Notes: a model not told the origin generated them from the sequence alone. A stretch of DNA of 64,000 nucleotides from Polyangiaceae bacterium (GCA_050287085.1 JBNKBE010000013.1:96001-160000); one strand, 5' to 3'; positions 9,628-19,987 are shown, counted from the stretch's first letter. Program-made: numbers and translations.

Positions 9628-10638
9628 ATGCCTGCACCACGCAGAAACGTGGTTCTCGCTTTTCGCTCAGCGCCCAGTAGCTGGGGCATCTTCTATCAAG
9701 ACGCGGCGGGGGTGCTCGGGCGCGAGCTCTTCACGATCCATGGCGTGAAGATATCTCTCACCAGCCTTCTGCTCTTCACGCTTACCTTTGCCGCGAGCGT
9801 CCTCCTTGGACGGGCAACGCGGCGAGCGCTCCTCCGTCTGCTGCGACGGCGCGGCCAAGGACAGGAAGAAGGCTCCGCCTACGCTCTGGCCCGAATTGCG
9901 CAGTACGCGGTCAGCGTGGCGGGCGTCCTGCTCGCCCTCGAAAACGTCGGTGTGACGATGACCTCGCTGGCCGCATTGGGCGCTGTATTTGCCGTCGGAC
10001 TCGGCTTCGGTCTCCAGAACATCGCTCAGAACTTCATAAGCGGTCTTATTTTGCTGATCGAGCGCCCCGTGGCCAAAGGTGATGTGGTCATCGTTGACGG
10101 TACCTTTGGGGTCGTCGATGAGATCTCCATCCGGGCGACCCGCATCATGACGTTCGACAGCGTCGCGATGATCGTGCCGAACAACAAGTTGATCAGCGAG
10201 GTCGTTGAAAACCGCAGTGAGCCGGACACCACGTATCGCATTCGCGTCGACGTCGGAGTCGCCTACGGTTCGGACACCCGAGAAGTAGAGTCTGTGTTGC
10301 TCGACCTCGCGCGCAACCAAGCTCGGGTCCTGGCCACCCCAGAGCCGACGGTATACTTCGTCGGTTTCGGCTCGAGCTCGCTCGACTTTCAGCTGTGTTT
10401 TTGGCTCGACGACCCTGCAGCTGGGCTCGAAACAGCCAGCGAAATGCGCCACGCCATCGTCGCGGCGTTCGCGGAACGACGCATCGAAATTCCCTTTCCC
10501 CAGCGTGACCTTCACCTCAAGACCGTACTTCAAGCACCCCAAGCACTGATCGCCGCGGCACCCACTTCAGGTGGTAGTGCCCCAAGCCGCAGCCGAGGCC
10601 GAGATACCTCGAGCCAAGGTCAGAAAGTGCCGAGCTAA
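9628..10638 (+). CDS. mscS: Small-conductance mechanosensitive channel (start uncertain)
   Basis: GLGFGLQNIAQNFISGLILLIERP..GD, VPN, VGVAYGSD, FG.SSLDF, IEIPFPQRDLH. Confidence 0.92.
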   Translation: MPAPRRNVVLAFRSAPSSWGIFYQDAAGVLGRELFTIHGVKISLTSLLLFTLTFAASVLLGRATRRALLRLLRRRGQGQEEGSAYALARIAQYAVSVAGVLLALENVGVTMTSLAALGAVFAVGLGFGLQNIAQNFISGLILLIERPVAKGDVVIVDGTFGVVDEISIRATRIMTFDSVAMIVPNNKLISEVVENRSEPDTTYRIRVDVGVAYGSDTREVESVLLDLARNQARVLATPEPTVYFVGFGSSSLDFQLCFWLDDPAAGLETASEMRHAIVAAFAERRIEIPFPQRDLHLKTVLQAPQALIAAAPTSGGSAPSRSRGRDTSSQGQKVPS

Positions 10639-10844
10639 GCGAGCTCGCTGCAACCTGGCCCGGAGTGGCGCGGAAAATGAGAAAAACGGGCCAATTTCGC
10701 ACCCCTGAGTAACCAGTACGGATTGAGCGCGTATTGCCTCCTGTAGATCTCCAATCTGTCCATGCGGCGTGGAGTGCAGGTGCTCGCGCGCTGACTTCTT
10801 CTCATGCGCCGAGCCCAGGCGACACGAATCTGGGTTGTTTACTC

Positions 10845-11786
10845 ATGTCAGTGCAACGACACGTCACCGCAGCGGTCTGGCTGCTAATGTACTCCCCCGG
10901 GTGTTCTGATGAACAGGGCCGTGGCTTTGGGCAAGAACCCCTGGCTCCGGATGACGCCAGCGAACTCATCGTCGATCGCTTCAGCCCAGAAGCGGGCAGA
11001 CTCTACGTTCGACGCCAAGACAACACCCTCCCGGGGCCCGGGGAGCCTGTCGACTTCGATGAGCTCTTTCTTGGTCAGGGGTTGGGCCCCGAAGGGAAAC
11101 CGGTTCGGTACTATGACCTCGACCTCCGAAGTCAGGTTCCGGGGAAGATGTACGTTCTGCTCCACGATGGCGAGCCCATTGAAGGCCAACTGCCCGTGCT
11201 GGAAGCAGCCCCTGGCGACCCGGGGTATAACGACTTCGTTCGCGTCTTCGAAGTATGGGTGCCCGACGGATACCGGGCCAATTCTATCCGCTCCGCAGAA
11301 GATATCGAGCGCTCGCAGTATCTGGTGCTGCCAACGTCCATCATTCAGAACCGCGCGCTGGTACCTTCCGGTTCGCTCGCCGAGGAACGCTTCAATGAAG
11401 ACGACCCCCGAAGCGGACGTGGTTGGTATCAGGGCAAGGTGGCCCATTTCCTCTCGTTCGAGAGCGACGTGGTGAGTAGCGAAGACCGTTTTGGAGAAAT
11501 CGCGGTAGGGCTGTCCTATATCTGGGTCGCCTTCAACATCAATCCCGGAGAGCCTGGAGGAGGCCCTCCTTCCGGAGCGGCAACGGAGCCCAACTCCAAA
11601 CAACGCCACAACGTCGTGCGCGACATACCAGGCACTCCCGGTTATTCGCCGCTGTGGATGGCTATCATTTATGACAATTCGGCATTCGACGCCGTGAGCG
11701 ATAGGCCCTCCGCAGAAGCGGCTCCGGTCGTCGCGGGCGCGCCTTCCCCGATCGTCAACTGTCCTCTCGTATGGGCGGCGCCGTGA
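10845..11786 (+). CDS. Putative lipoprotein with two internal repeats (PG.PGY....V/W)
   Basis: PGC lipobox-like site; repeated PGDPGYNDFVRV and PGTPGYSPLW; ends IVNCPLV. Confidence 0.65.
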   Translation: MSVQRHVTAAVWLLMYSPGCSDEQGRGFGQEPLAPDDASELIVDRFSPEAGRLYVRRQDNTLPGPGEPVDFDELFLGQGLGPEGKPVRYYDLDLRSQVPGKMYVLLHDGEPIEGQLPVLEAAPGDPGYNDFVRVFEVWVPDGYRANSIRSAEDIERSQYLVLPTSIIQNRALVPSGSLAEERFNEDDPRSGRGWYQGKVAHFLSFESDVVSSEDRFGEIAVGLSYIWVAFNINPGEPGGGPPSGAATEPNSKQRHNVVRDIPGTPGYSPLWMAIIYDNSAFDAVSDRPSAEAAPVVAGAPSPIVNCPLVWAAP

Positions 11787-11788
11787 GC

Positions 11789-12799
11789 ATGAAGCCCGCC
11801 TCGATACGACGACGATGGCTCACCGCTGGTGCCCTGGCGGCGGCCAACTTGATCCCCAACGTAGCGTGCGGCCAGCAAGCAGAAGCCGCGGAAGCACTCT
11901 TCCAACAAGGACGTTTGCTGCTTGAACAAGGGAAAGTAGCGGACGCTTGTGAGAAGCTGGAAGCCAGCCAGGCGCTCGATTCGGGCGTGGGCACACTGTT
12001 ATTTCTGGGCGAATGTCGCGAGCGGCAGGGCAAGGTCGTCCGCGCCTACCGCGCCTTCGAGGCGGCCACCGCGCTGGCTCATGCCGAGGAAGACGAGCGG
12101 CGAGAGGCGCTTGCGGCGCTTCGCATGACCGCCCTTCGCCCGCGTCTGCCCACCCTTACCGTGCGAGTTCCGGAGGCCACCCGAAACCTAGAGGGACTCG
12201 ACGTGCGCCTGGACGGCGTTGCACTACCAGGCGCCGCCTTCAATGCTCAGCACTACGTCGACCCAGGTCAGCTGCTGATCGTGGTCACTGCCCCGGGTCA
12301 AAGGCGCTGGGAAACGCGCTTGAGCATCCCCGATGGCCCAAGTCACAACGTGGTAGACATACCCCCACTCGAGAGGTCCGTCGTCACTCCCGCCGAGACG
12401 CGAGTACGGAAGGCGAGCTCGTCACCGACTGAAGCCACGTCGCGCAAACCGCCGGGCAGCTCGCTACGGACTTGGGGCCTGGTTTCGGCAGGCGTCGGCC
12501 TCGTTGGCATCGGAGCGGGAACGTTCTGGGGCCTACGTTCGCTCCGTCAGCTGGAGGATTCGAGAAAGACCGAAAACTGCCCGCTGGAGGACCGCTGCTA
12601 CGCCTCCGGCCTGACGCTGAGAGCCGACGCCCGTGACTCCGCGCACCTTGCCGATCTTGCATGGGTGGCGGGCGGTGTGTTCACCCTCACCGGCATAGTA
12701 TTGTATGCGGTGGCCCCGGCGTTGGCCACCGATGAGCACGCGTGGGCCGTTGAGCTCAAACCGCAAGGCGCAAACCTCAGTTTCGGGGGTGAGTTTTGA
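11789..12799 (+). CDS. TPR + PEGA-like membrane-anchored protein (myxobacterial kinase-associated type)
   Basis: AEALFQQGR.LL..G....AC.KLEAS..LD..VGTL, V.LDG...VDPG, C-terminal hydrophobic segments with a C...C loop. Confidence 0.8.
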   Translation: MKPASIRRRWLTAGALAAANLIPNVACGQQAEAAEALFQQGRLLLEQGKVADACEKLEASQALDSGVGTLLFLGECRERQGKVVRAYRAFEAATALAHAEEDERREALAALRMTALRPRLPTLTVRVPEATRNLEGLDVRLDGVALPGAAFNAQHYVDPGQLLIVVTAPGQRRWETRLSIPDGPSHNVVDIPPLERSVVTPAETRVRKASSSPTEATSRKPPGSSLRTWGLVSAGVGLVGIGAGTFWGLRSLRQLEDSRKTENCPLEDRCYASGLTLRADARDSAHLADLAWVAGGVFTLTGIVLYAVAPALATDEHAWAVELKPQGANLSFGGEF

Positions 12800-13425
12800 T
12801 AACACTGAGAAGACCAAATGCGCGGCTTCGTTGGGGGCTCGCTGTCGCGATGGCGGTGGACAGCACGGCGTGTTCGCTGGTCGTAGACCCAGCGGAGGCC
12901 GAGCTCATCGAAAAGGAACCCACTGTCGAAGAGCGTTACGGCCAGCAATGCGCCGAGTATTGCGACGCCGTCATGACGAACTGCACGGGTGAATACGCCG
13001 TCTATTCGAACCGCATCCAGTGCCTGAACTTGTGCTCGGTATTGGAACCCGGTGAGGACGGCGACACGACAAGCAACACCGTAGCCTGCAGATTGACCAA
13101 TGCTCGACTTGCCGCAGAGACGGCGGAGCCCAAAGAGCATTGTCCTCAGGCTGGCCCTGGTGGCGCAGCCCAGCTTGCGGACGGAGTCAGCTGCAGCAGC
13201 AACTGTGCTGGGCTGTGTGGTGCAATGACAACCTTATGCTCGGAACAATACGCCTCGCTCACGGCGTGTCTCAACGACTGTGAGGGCGTGCAAGATCTGG
13301 GCGGCTACAACACCTCTGTTGGTCAAGGCGCCACCGTCCAATGCCGCCTTTTCCACTTGGCCGCCGCGGCCGCAGCACCCGACCCCCACTGCAGACACGC
13401 GGCGGGGGATAGCCCCTGCAGGTAA
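12796..13425 (+). CDS. Cys-rich lipoprotein with two tandem Cys repeats
   Basis: TAC lipobox-like site; two units of C..(Y/L)C..(V/M)...C...Y......C...C....(N/A)TV.CRL....A...P..HC..A. Confidence 0.7.
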   Translation: MITLRRPNARLRWGLAVAMAVDSTACSLVVDPAEAELIEKEPTVEERYGQQCAEYCDAVMTNCTGEYAVYSNRIQCLNLCSVLEPGEDGDTTSNTVACRLTNARLAAETAEPKEHCPQAGPGGAAQLADGVSCSSNCAGLCGAMTTLCSEQYASLTACLNDCEGVQDLGGYNTSVGQGATVQCRLFHLAAAAAAPDPHCRHAAGDSPCR

Positions 13426-13427
13426 GT

Positions 13428-14939
13428 GTGAATCAGGCTACCTCGACCCGACTCGCTGACGCCACCGGAGAAGTTCTCGCCGTCCCCGCCGGCGAGATTC
13501 TTGCCGGGAAGTACCGCGTCGAGCGGCTTCTGGCCGCGGGGGGCATGGGAGTTGTCGTTCAAGCAACTCATCTCGATCTGGACAGAGCCGTTGCGCTCAA
13601 GTTCATCCGCGGCGAACACGCAGACAACCCTGAGCTGGCCGAGCGCTTCGCCCTGGAAGCGCGCGCCGCGGCTCGACTCAAGAGTGAACACGCGTGCCGC
13701 GTGCTGGATGTTGGACGACTGGATACGGGCACCCAATACATCGTAATGGAGTTGCTCGAGGGGGAAGATCTCGCAGCACGATTGGCCCGCGACGGTCGCC
13801 TGCCCACCGAACAGGCCATCGACTGGCTTCTGCAAGCTTCGGAAGCCGTAGCTGAAGCACATTCCTTGGGGATCGTGCATCGGGATCTGAAACCCGAAAA
13901 CCTGTTTCTGGCGCGACAACCCGACGGGAGTCTGGTCGTAAAAGTACTTGATTTCGGCATTTCTCAGCAGACAGGAAGGGTCAAGCGAAGTCGTTCTCTG
14001 ACTGCGCCGAGTGCCATCATGGGGTCACCCCACTACATGGCTCCCGAACAAATGCTGGCGAGTCCGGTAGACCAGCGCGCCGATATTTGGGCTCTTGGAG
14101 TCATTCTCTTCGAGCTTCTGTCCGGACGCTGCGCTTTCGAAGGGGACACCGTGCCGGAAATCTGCGCTCAAGTGATCGCCAAGGCGCCCACCTCACTGGC
14201 TTCGCTCGGGCTCACTCTCCCCCCAAAGCTGGAGCGTGGTCTGCTCCGCTGCCTCGCCAAAGATCCCGCGCAGCGACACGCGACGGTCGCCGCCCTGGCT
14301 GAGGCCCTCTGCCCATTCGGCTCCGCCGAGTCACGCCGCTCCGCGGACCGCATCTCAGCTCTCGTCTCCTCCGAAGCTGCGAGCGCCCCATCCGCCTGCT
14401 GGCAACAGTCGACGGACGGGGCCATAGGTCAGGAGAATGGCTTCGAGAGCGATCCAAGGGCTGAGCTCCCTCCGCCACATGGAACGCGATGGGCGGCCGT
14501 CAGTGGTGTGATGCTGGGTCTGGCAGTGCTTGGGGCGGGCACATGGTGGACGCACGCGGCCCGCGGCCGCCCCAGCGACACGACACCGACCACCGTCAGC
14601 ACCCTCCCCGCGGAGAGCACAAGCCGCGCGCTTGTCGCTAAGCCTGCTGCGACACAAGCCTCCGCGCAGAGCGTAGCCACCACCGCGACGCCTACGGCCA
14701 CCGCGCCAGCCGGCGCTGCACCGTCTGAAACCGCGTTCATAACAGAAAAGGGTGAACAGCGTCGTTCGGCCCAACACAAGCTCGGTCGCGCCACGGTGTT
14801 CGACAAGAAGACCGGGCCGAGGAGAGCGGCCAGTAACTCCCAGGCCAAAACAGAGGCGACAAGCCCAGGCACGGCCCCGAGTACTCGCCCCGGACCGACG
14901 GAAGCTTGGGATGTCAATAACTTCGGCGAGCGCCGATAG
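13428..14939 (+). CDS. Hanks-type Ser/Thr protein kinase with TM segment and low-complexity C-terminus
   Basis: GGMGVV, VALK, HRDLKPEN, DFG, GSPHYMAPE, DIWALG. Confidence 0.95.
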   Translation: MNQATSTRLADATGEVLAVPAGEILAGKYRVERLLAAGGMGVVVQATHLDLDRAVALKFIRGEHADNPELAERFALEARAAARLKSEHACRVLDVGRLDTGTQYIVMELLEGEDLAARLARDGRLPTEQAIDWLLQASEAVAEAHSLGIVHRDLKPENLFLARQPDGSLVVKVLDFGISQQTGRVKRSRSLTAPSAIMGSPHYMAPEQMLASPVDQRADIWALGVILFELLSGRCAFEGDTVPEICAQVIAKAPTSLASLGLTLPPKLERGLLRCLAKDPAQRHATVAALAEALCPFGSAESRRSADRISALVSSEAASAPSACWQQSTDGAIGQENGFESDPRAELPPPHGTRWAAVSGVMLGLAVLGAGTWWTHAARGRPSDTTPTTVSTLPAESTSRALVAKPAATQASAQSVATTATPTATAPAGAAPSETAFITEKGEQRRSAQHKLGRATVFDKKTGPRRAASNSQAKTEATSPGTAPSTRPGPTEAWDVNNFGERR

Positions 14940-14945
14940 GTAAAG

Positions 14946-16409
14946 CTACGGCCAGCCGAGCGCCGTCAGTGCCGAGGCGAGCTCGTTGGCCGCCCTCTGG
15001 CTACCTTGCTCATTGGGATGAACACCATCGGTGAAGTCTGAGTTCGACAGCCATCCAGTGGTATCAACGTACTCGATAAGGGCGTCGCCCTCGTTCCGAC
15101 GCGTGCTCACCGCCGCACTTATCTCGGCCGCGTGTGCGCCGTTGAAGGGACGCATCACAACTATCTTGGCCGCCGGGTATCCGGCCCTAACCGTCGAGAG
15201 AAAATCGGCGTACGCAGGTGCAAAGTCGTTCGGCGAGGCGCCCCCGTCGTTGGTGCCTTGATTGATCACGACCCAATCGGGCTGCCAGTCGTCTCGCGGC
15301 ACCCCCGCATAGAAGAAGTTGAACGCCTCCCCAGCGATCGGTACGCCTCCATTGCCGCCGATCAATAACCCCTGACGTCCAAAGCCAACCTGACGCCACT
15401 CCGCCTCCAACGCCTGGGCTGTCAGCGACGGGTACGCGCGGCGCGCATCAGCCCGCCAGCAGGGTGTATTCTGGCCGTTGCGGCTGGACCACAGCGCCAC
15501 TCCCTCCGTGATGCTGTCACCCAAGAACTCCATCCGCGGTCGCTTCGGTCGCGGGCTAGGCTCCAGCATCCCCCCCGACACCTCAAAGCCGCTGAACGTG
15601 ATGCTGGACACAAGAGGCGCGTTCCAGCGGTTTTGTCCTTCATTGAGCCCGCGCACCATCAACACGACTTCGTGGATGCCAGGCGGCAGGTCGACGGCGA
15701 GGGGCATCGCGGGGGCGAGCTCGGCCTCCAGCCACTCGCCATTGTCGATGCGCCACGTCATTGTGGGACTTGGCGCCTGGTTCAGCGAGACGTCGAAACG
15801 AGCCGTAAGCGCGGTCCCGGAGAAACGAGCCACCACGTGGCTGCCCGAGTTCACCGTGATCGCGCTCTCCGCTAGTCGGTTCCAGCGGCCATAGTAGTGA
15901 ATCGCCTCAAGCTCGGCGGGTGTTGTGCCCGCGTCGGCGCCCACACCGATCGCAGCGTCTGCCCCCGCGTCGCTTGGGTCAGGGTCGCTTTCGACGGCCC
16001 CCGGCGGATCGGGCTCTGAGGCTGGGGTACCTGCCGAGCCCGCGGTCTCTGAGGCGGGGGCTCCTGCCGAGCCCGACGCCCCCCCCGCTTCCGCCCCTGA
16101 AACACCCCCCGCTTCCGCCGCGGCGGAGCCGGCGACGCCCCCGGAGCCGGAGCCCGCGACGCCCCCGGAGCCCGCGACAGGCCCGGTTCCTGACGTTCCC
16201 CAACCTGCTCCCCCTGGGATCTCGGTGCCCAACCCATTGGAACGGACCGCGTCGTCGCAAGCGCTGAGCGCAACCAATGCGATCCCAACCGCCAGAACCC
16301 CGTACGTTCGCGCTCGCTGCAACCTGCCACAGCGCTGCAACCTGCTCCACGCCCGAACGAACCCTGGAAGAGGAGGCCTCCTCACCACACGCCGCTTTGA
16401 ACCAACCAC
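14946..16409 (-). CDS. SGNH/GDSL esterase lipoprotein (CE2-like), Gly-rich linker (start uncertain)
   Basis: FLGDSITEG, NQGTND, DGVHPN; N-terminal beta domain preceding; LSAC lipobox. Confidence 0.85.
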   Translation of the reverse strand: MVGSKRRVVRRPPLPGFVRAWSRLQRCGRLQRARTYGVLAVGIALVALSACDDAVRSNGLGTEIPGGAGWGTSGTGPVAGSGGVAGSGSGGVAGSAAAEAGGVSGAEAGGASGSAGAPASETAGSAGTPASEPDPPGAVESDPDPSDAGADAAIGVGADAGTTPAELEAIHYYGRWNRLAESAITVNSGSHVVARFSGTALTARFDVSLNQAPSPTMTWRIDNGEWLEAELAPAMPLAVDLPPGIHEVVLMVRGLNEGQNRWNAPLVSSITFSGFEVSGGMLEPSPRPKRPRMEFLGDSITEGVALWSSRNGQNTPCWRADARRAYPSLTAQALEAEWRQVGFGRQGLLIGGNGGVPIAGEAFNFFYAGVPRDDWQPDWVVINQGTNDGGASPNDFAPAYADFLSTVRAGYPAAKIVVMRPFNGAHAAEISAAVSTRRNEGDALIEYVDTTGWLSNSDFTDGVHPNEQGSQRAANELASALTALGWP

Positions 16410-16655
16410 GGGCGTACCCTAGCAGAACCGTCAAGCCAGGTCGTGAGCGCACTGCAGCGTGACCCTGGCGGCGGGCTTCAGTGCTCGCCCTCACCTCCAC
16501 GCGAAAAATCCACCCGTACGCAGCCGTCCCTGGGACGTCCCCCAAGGAAGCATTGCCGACGCTGGCCTTGAGGCCCCAGGGTGGTGTACCGCATGAAGCG
16601 CCTCGCGAGCCGTGCGCCACTACCGCCGGCGGACTCGCTGGTCCCAAGGATCCTC

Positions 16656-17885
16656 ATGAAAAATCTCCGCGCCGCCACTCGCTGGACAAGCCTCGCGACT
16701 GTCCTCACCCTCTCCGCTTCAGCTTGTAGTGACAACGCAAGCCAGAAGGAGACCCCGACACAAAGCGCCGGGGCCGGCGGAGACGCAGCCGCCGCGAGTG
16801 GAGCGCCCGGATCGGCAGGCATGGCCACTGGGGGAAGCGCCGGCACCGCACCCCAGAACGACGGTCCGACGGCGGGAGCGGCCATGGGGGGCAACGAATC
16901 CGGCGACAACAGCCAAGGTGGCGCTGGGGGAAGCGGGGGAAGCGGCGACGAAAGCCTCGCAGGCGCCGGTGGAGCCCCTGATGGCGCTACCGGCGGGGCT
17001 GGCGGGGACAACACCGGCGGCACTGCAGGAGGGGGGATGGAGCCCAGTAGCGCCGGAGCTGGAGGCGCCCTCCCCGAGCAGAGCTGCGTGATGATGGAGG
17101 CGTGGCCAGAGCTGGACGCATCCAGCGCCGGCCCCTACCAGGTCGTAACGGAGACCAATGTCGGGCCCACCGCAGGCGTTGCGGAGAACGGCATGGTCCC
17201 GCGCTTCAACCTCTATCGCCCCAGTAGTCCGGGTGAGGGCGGCGTATGCCATCCAATCGTCACCTGGGGTAACGGTCACGGGGACAACCCTCGGACCTAC
17301 GAGGTTCTGATCAAGCAGCTGGTATCCCACGGCTTCGTGGTGGTCGCTTCGCTCAGCTCAAATACGTCCCAGGGAGATCCTCTGCCCACCGTGGCTGGCA
17401 TCGACTGGATGCTCGAGGAGAACGAGAACCCCGACAGCCCCTTGTATCATGCCTTGGACACGAACCATATCGGAGCCACAGGACACTCCGAAGGTGCTGG
17501 GGCCACCGTCACCAGCGGCTCAGACCCACGGATTACGACCATTGCGCCCATCCATGGCGGCAGCACCGCCAACAAGAACCTACACGGCCCTGCCCTGTAT
17601 CTATGTGGGGGTCAAGACACTGTGGCCAGGTGCAGCAATATCGAAAACGCGGTCGACGGCATCGACAATCAACCCGTCATGCTAGCCGAAAACCTCAAAG
17701 CGGATCACGGCAGCTGGCTCAATCAGGGCGGGATTCAGGGCCCCACCATCATCGCCGCCACCGCCTGGATGCGCCTGCACCTGATGGGAGACGAATCCCA
17801 ACGTGATATGTTCTACGGCGCGACCTGTGAGCTGTGTGAGGACACCGCGAATTGGCGAGTGAAGCGCAAGATGATGGGCGAGTGA
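16656..17885 (+). CDS. Alpha/beta-hydrolase lipoprotein, P. mendocina lipase/cutinase-like
   Basis: HPIVTWGNG..TY..L...SHGFVV, GATGHSEG nucleophile elbow, GGQDT (Asp), ADHG (His); ASAC lipobox and Gly-rich linker. Confidence 0.85.
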   Translation: MKNLRAATRWTSLATVLTLSASACSDNASQKETPTQSAGAGGDAAAASGAPGSAGMATGGSAGTAPQNDGPTAGAAMGGNESGDNSQGGAGGSGGSGDESLAGAGGAPDGATGGAGGDNTGGTAGGGMEPSSAGAGGALPEQSCVMMEAWPELDASSAGPYQVVTETNVGPTAGVAENGMVPRFNLYRPSSPGEGGVCHPIVTWGNGHGDNPRTYEVLIKQLVSHGFVVVASLSSNTSQGDPLPTVAGIDWMLEENENPDSPLYHALDTNHIGATGHSEGAGATVTSGSDPRITTIAPIHGGSTANKNLHGPALYLCGGQDTVARCSNIENAVDGIDNQPVMLAENLKADHGSWLNQGGIQGPTIIAATAWMRLHLMGDESQRDMFYGATCELCEDTANWRVKRKMMGE

Positions 17886-18016
17886 ACGCCACGCGATGGC
17901 CCGCCTTCGCCGTACCAGGCACCCGGCGCGTTGAACAAGCGCGCAACCCACGCGCCGCGGCAGCCTGAGCTCGATCGAGCTCAAGTCTCTGAAGCTTCTG
18001 CCGATTCAGTGAATCG

Positions 18017-19888
18017 ATGTCGCGTCAGACTCCGGCTATTTCGCTCGTTCCAGACGACGCGCCGATCAAGACGTTCGAGGATCGCACAGACAGTGCAGGA
18101 GTTCGGCGCGAAGCGGCGATATTTCGCTACCTTGCGCGCCTCTCCCCCATCCCTGTGGCGCTCACCCATCGCGATACAAGCGAGATACTGTTCAAGAATC
18201 CGGAGTTCGATCGAGTATTTGGCGCAACGATAGCGTCTGGCAAAGAGGCCTTAGCACTCTATGAAGACCCCGAGGCGCGTTCAGCGCTGGTCGCCAAGGT
18301 GATTGCGGAGAACGGCGTTCGCAACGAACCCGTCCGATTTCGACGCTCAGACGGGACCATCGGTGACTTCCTGGTCTCCATGTTGCCGGCAAGCATTGAC
18401 GGCCTGAGTCTGCTCTACACCTATGCCCTCGACGTAAGCGACAGAGTCTCTGCAGAGAACCACCTGAGGACCCGAACGGAGGAGATGTCACTCATCCTCG
18501 ACAACGTATCCGAAGGGTTGTGCATCATCGACGGAAACGGGCTGGTCCGGGGTGAGGCCTCTGGCAGCGCTATCCACTGGCTAGGAGCCGTCCCCGCTGG
18601 CACGCCTATTGGCGATGCCATAGCAGCCAAGGATCAGCCCGTTGGGCAATGGTTTTCACTCGCGTGGGACGCCGTACGCGACGCCATCCTGCCGCTGGAG
18701 GTCACCCTCGCCCAGCTGCCACACATGATGCGAGTGGACGGAAACCACATCGAGCTCATGGTGCGCCCGATCGGCACCTACACCGAACACGACCGGCCGG
18801 AAGCGTACCTCGTCATTCTTGCCGACGTCAGCGAGAGCATTGCCAAGAAGTCCGCCGAGAGCCAGCAACGCGCGCTGCTCAACATCTTTGAGCACGTCCT
18901 GCGTGACCGCGGCGCGGTAGTGGACTTCATCGCGGACTCCGACGCGATCAATGCCCGCATTCGCGCGATACCGATCGAGTCGGGCACGATTTCCCGCAAG
19001 GATATCGTGGAATTTCGCCGCGACGTGCACACCCTGAAGGGCAACTATGGTCTATTTGGGCTCGAACACCTAGCACTCGCTTGCCACGAACTGGAAGAGG
19101 CGCTCGACGGCACGATGCTAACTCGTCCTGAGGCCCTTGAGGAACTGCTCTCAGGCTGGGAGGCCTTCCGCGAACGAGCGCGAACCTTCGTCGACAATCA
19201 CGAGGCCGACATCGACGTGACGCGCGAAGATGTCGCGGAGTTGCGCGAGGCGCTGCGGCGTGGAGCTCCGGGTGATCAGTTGTTGCGGTTGATCGACGCG
19301 TGGAAGCAACAGTCCGTTAAGCGGCGCCTGGAACGCATCCGCGGGCAAGCTACGGCGCTGGCCCGAAGACTAAAAAAGGGGCAGCTACGATTCGTCGCCG
19401 AGGCCAACGCACTGCGACTGCCGGTAGAGCGTTGGGGCCCCTTTTGGAGCGTTCTGGCGCACGTAATACGCAACGCCATCGACCATGGCCTCGAGTATCC
19501 CGATGACCGCGTAGCGGCGGGCAAGTCGCGGAACGGCTTGGTTCGCGTGACCACCTACGCGACCGGCGACGACGTGGTGGTCGAAGTGTGTGACGATGGG
19601 CGTGGAATCGATTGGGACCGAATTCGCAGCGTCGCCCGCAGCAGAGACCTGCCTGCCGAAACCCATACGCAGCTGATCGATGCACTCTTCACTGACGGTC
19701 TAACGACACGCACCGAGGTGTCAGAGACATCGGGACGCGGCGTCGGTATGGCGGCCGTCAAAGCCTGTGTACTGTCGATGGGAGGAACGATTGAAGTCAC
19801 CTCCGAGCGGGGACGAGGCTCTACCTTTCGCTTCTCGATTCCGAACGTCGAAGTTCCCCCGAGCAGCGCCGCAAGCTCGGTCCGCTAG
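18017..19888 (+). CDS. PAS-PAS-HPt-HATPase CheA-like histidine kinase lacking a CheW domain
   Basis: VHTLKG HPt His; HVIRNAIDHGLE, DDGRGID, SGRGVGM ATP-binding boxes; protein ends right after the HATPase. Confidence 0.88.
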   Translation: MSRQTPAISLVPDDAPIKTFEDRTDSAGVRREAAIFRYLARLSPIPVALTHRDTSEILFKNPEFDRVFGATIASGKEALALYEDPEARSALVAKVIAENGVRNEPVRFRRSDGTIGDFLVSMLPASIDGLSLLYTYALDVSDRVSAENHLRTRTEEMSLILDNVSEGLCIIDGNGLVRGEASGSAIHWLGAVPAGTPIGDAIAAKDQPVGQWFSLAWDAVRDAILPLEVTLAQLPHMMRVDGNHIELMVRPIGTYTEHDRPEAYLVILADVSESIAKKSAESQQRALLNIFEHVLRDRGAVVDFIADSDAINARIRAIPIESGTISRKDIVEFRRDVHTLKGNYGLFGLEHLALACHELEEALDGTMLTRPEALEELLSGWEAFRERARTFVDNHEADIDVTREDVAELREALRRGAPGDQLLRLIDAWKQQSVKRRLERIRGQATALARRLKKGQLRFVAEANALRLPVERWGPFWSVLAHVIRNAIDHGLEYPDDRVAAGKSRNGLVRVTTYATGDDVVVEVCDDGRGIDWDRIRSVARSRDLPAETHTQLIDALFTDGLTTRTEVSETSGRGVGMAAVKACVLSMGGTIEVTSERGRGSTFRFSIPNVEVPPSSAASSVR

Positions 19889-19987
19889 CGCTTGCTGCGC
19901 GCCGACCTAGCTGCACACGCTAGAAGGTCGGGCGTCCGAGCCCTCGGACACCATCCGGGGCGCTGGGGCCAGCCCTTCAGAGTAGCT

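Noticed and set aside
10638..10649. AGCGAGCTCGCT palindrome after mscS as a fourth copy of the dispersed repeat
   Set aside because: Only the 12-bp core resembles it; the flanking conserved blocks are absent
16020..16180. Short direct repeats in the SGNH gene
   Set aside because: Encode an ordinary Gly/Ser/Ala linker common in myxobacterial lipoproteins
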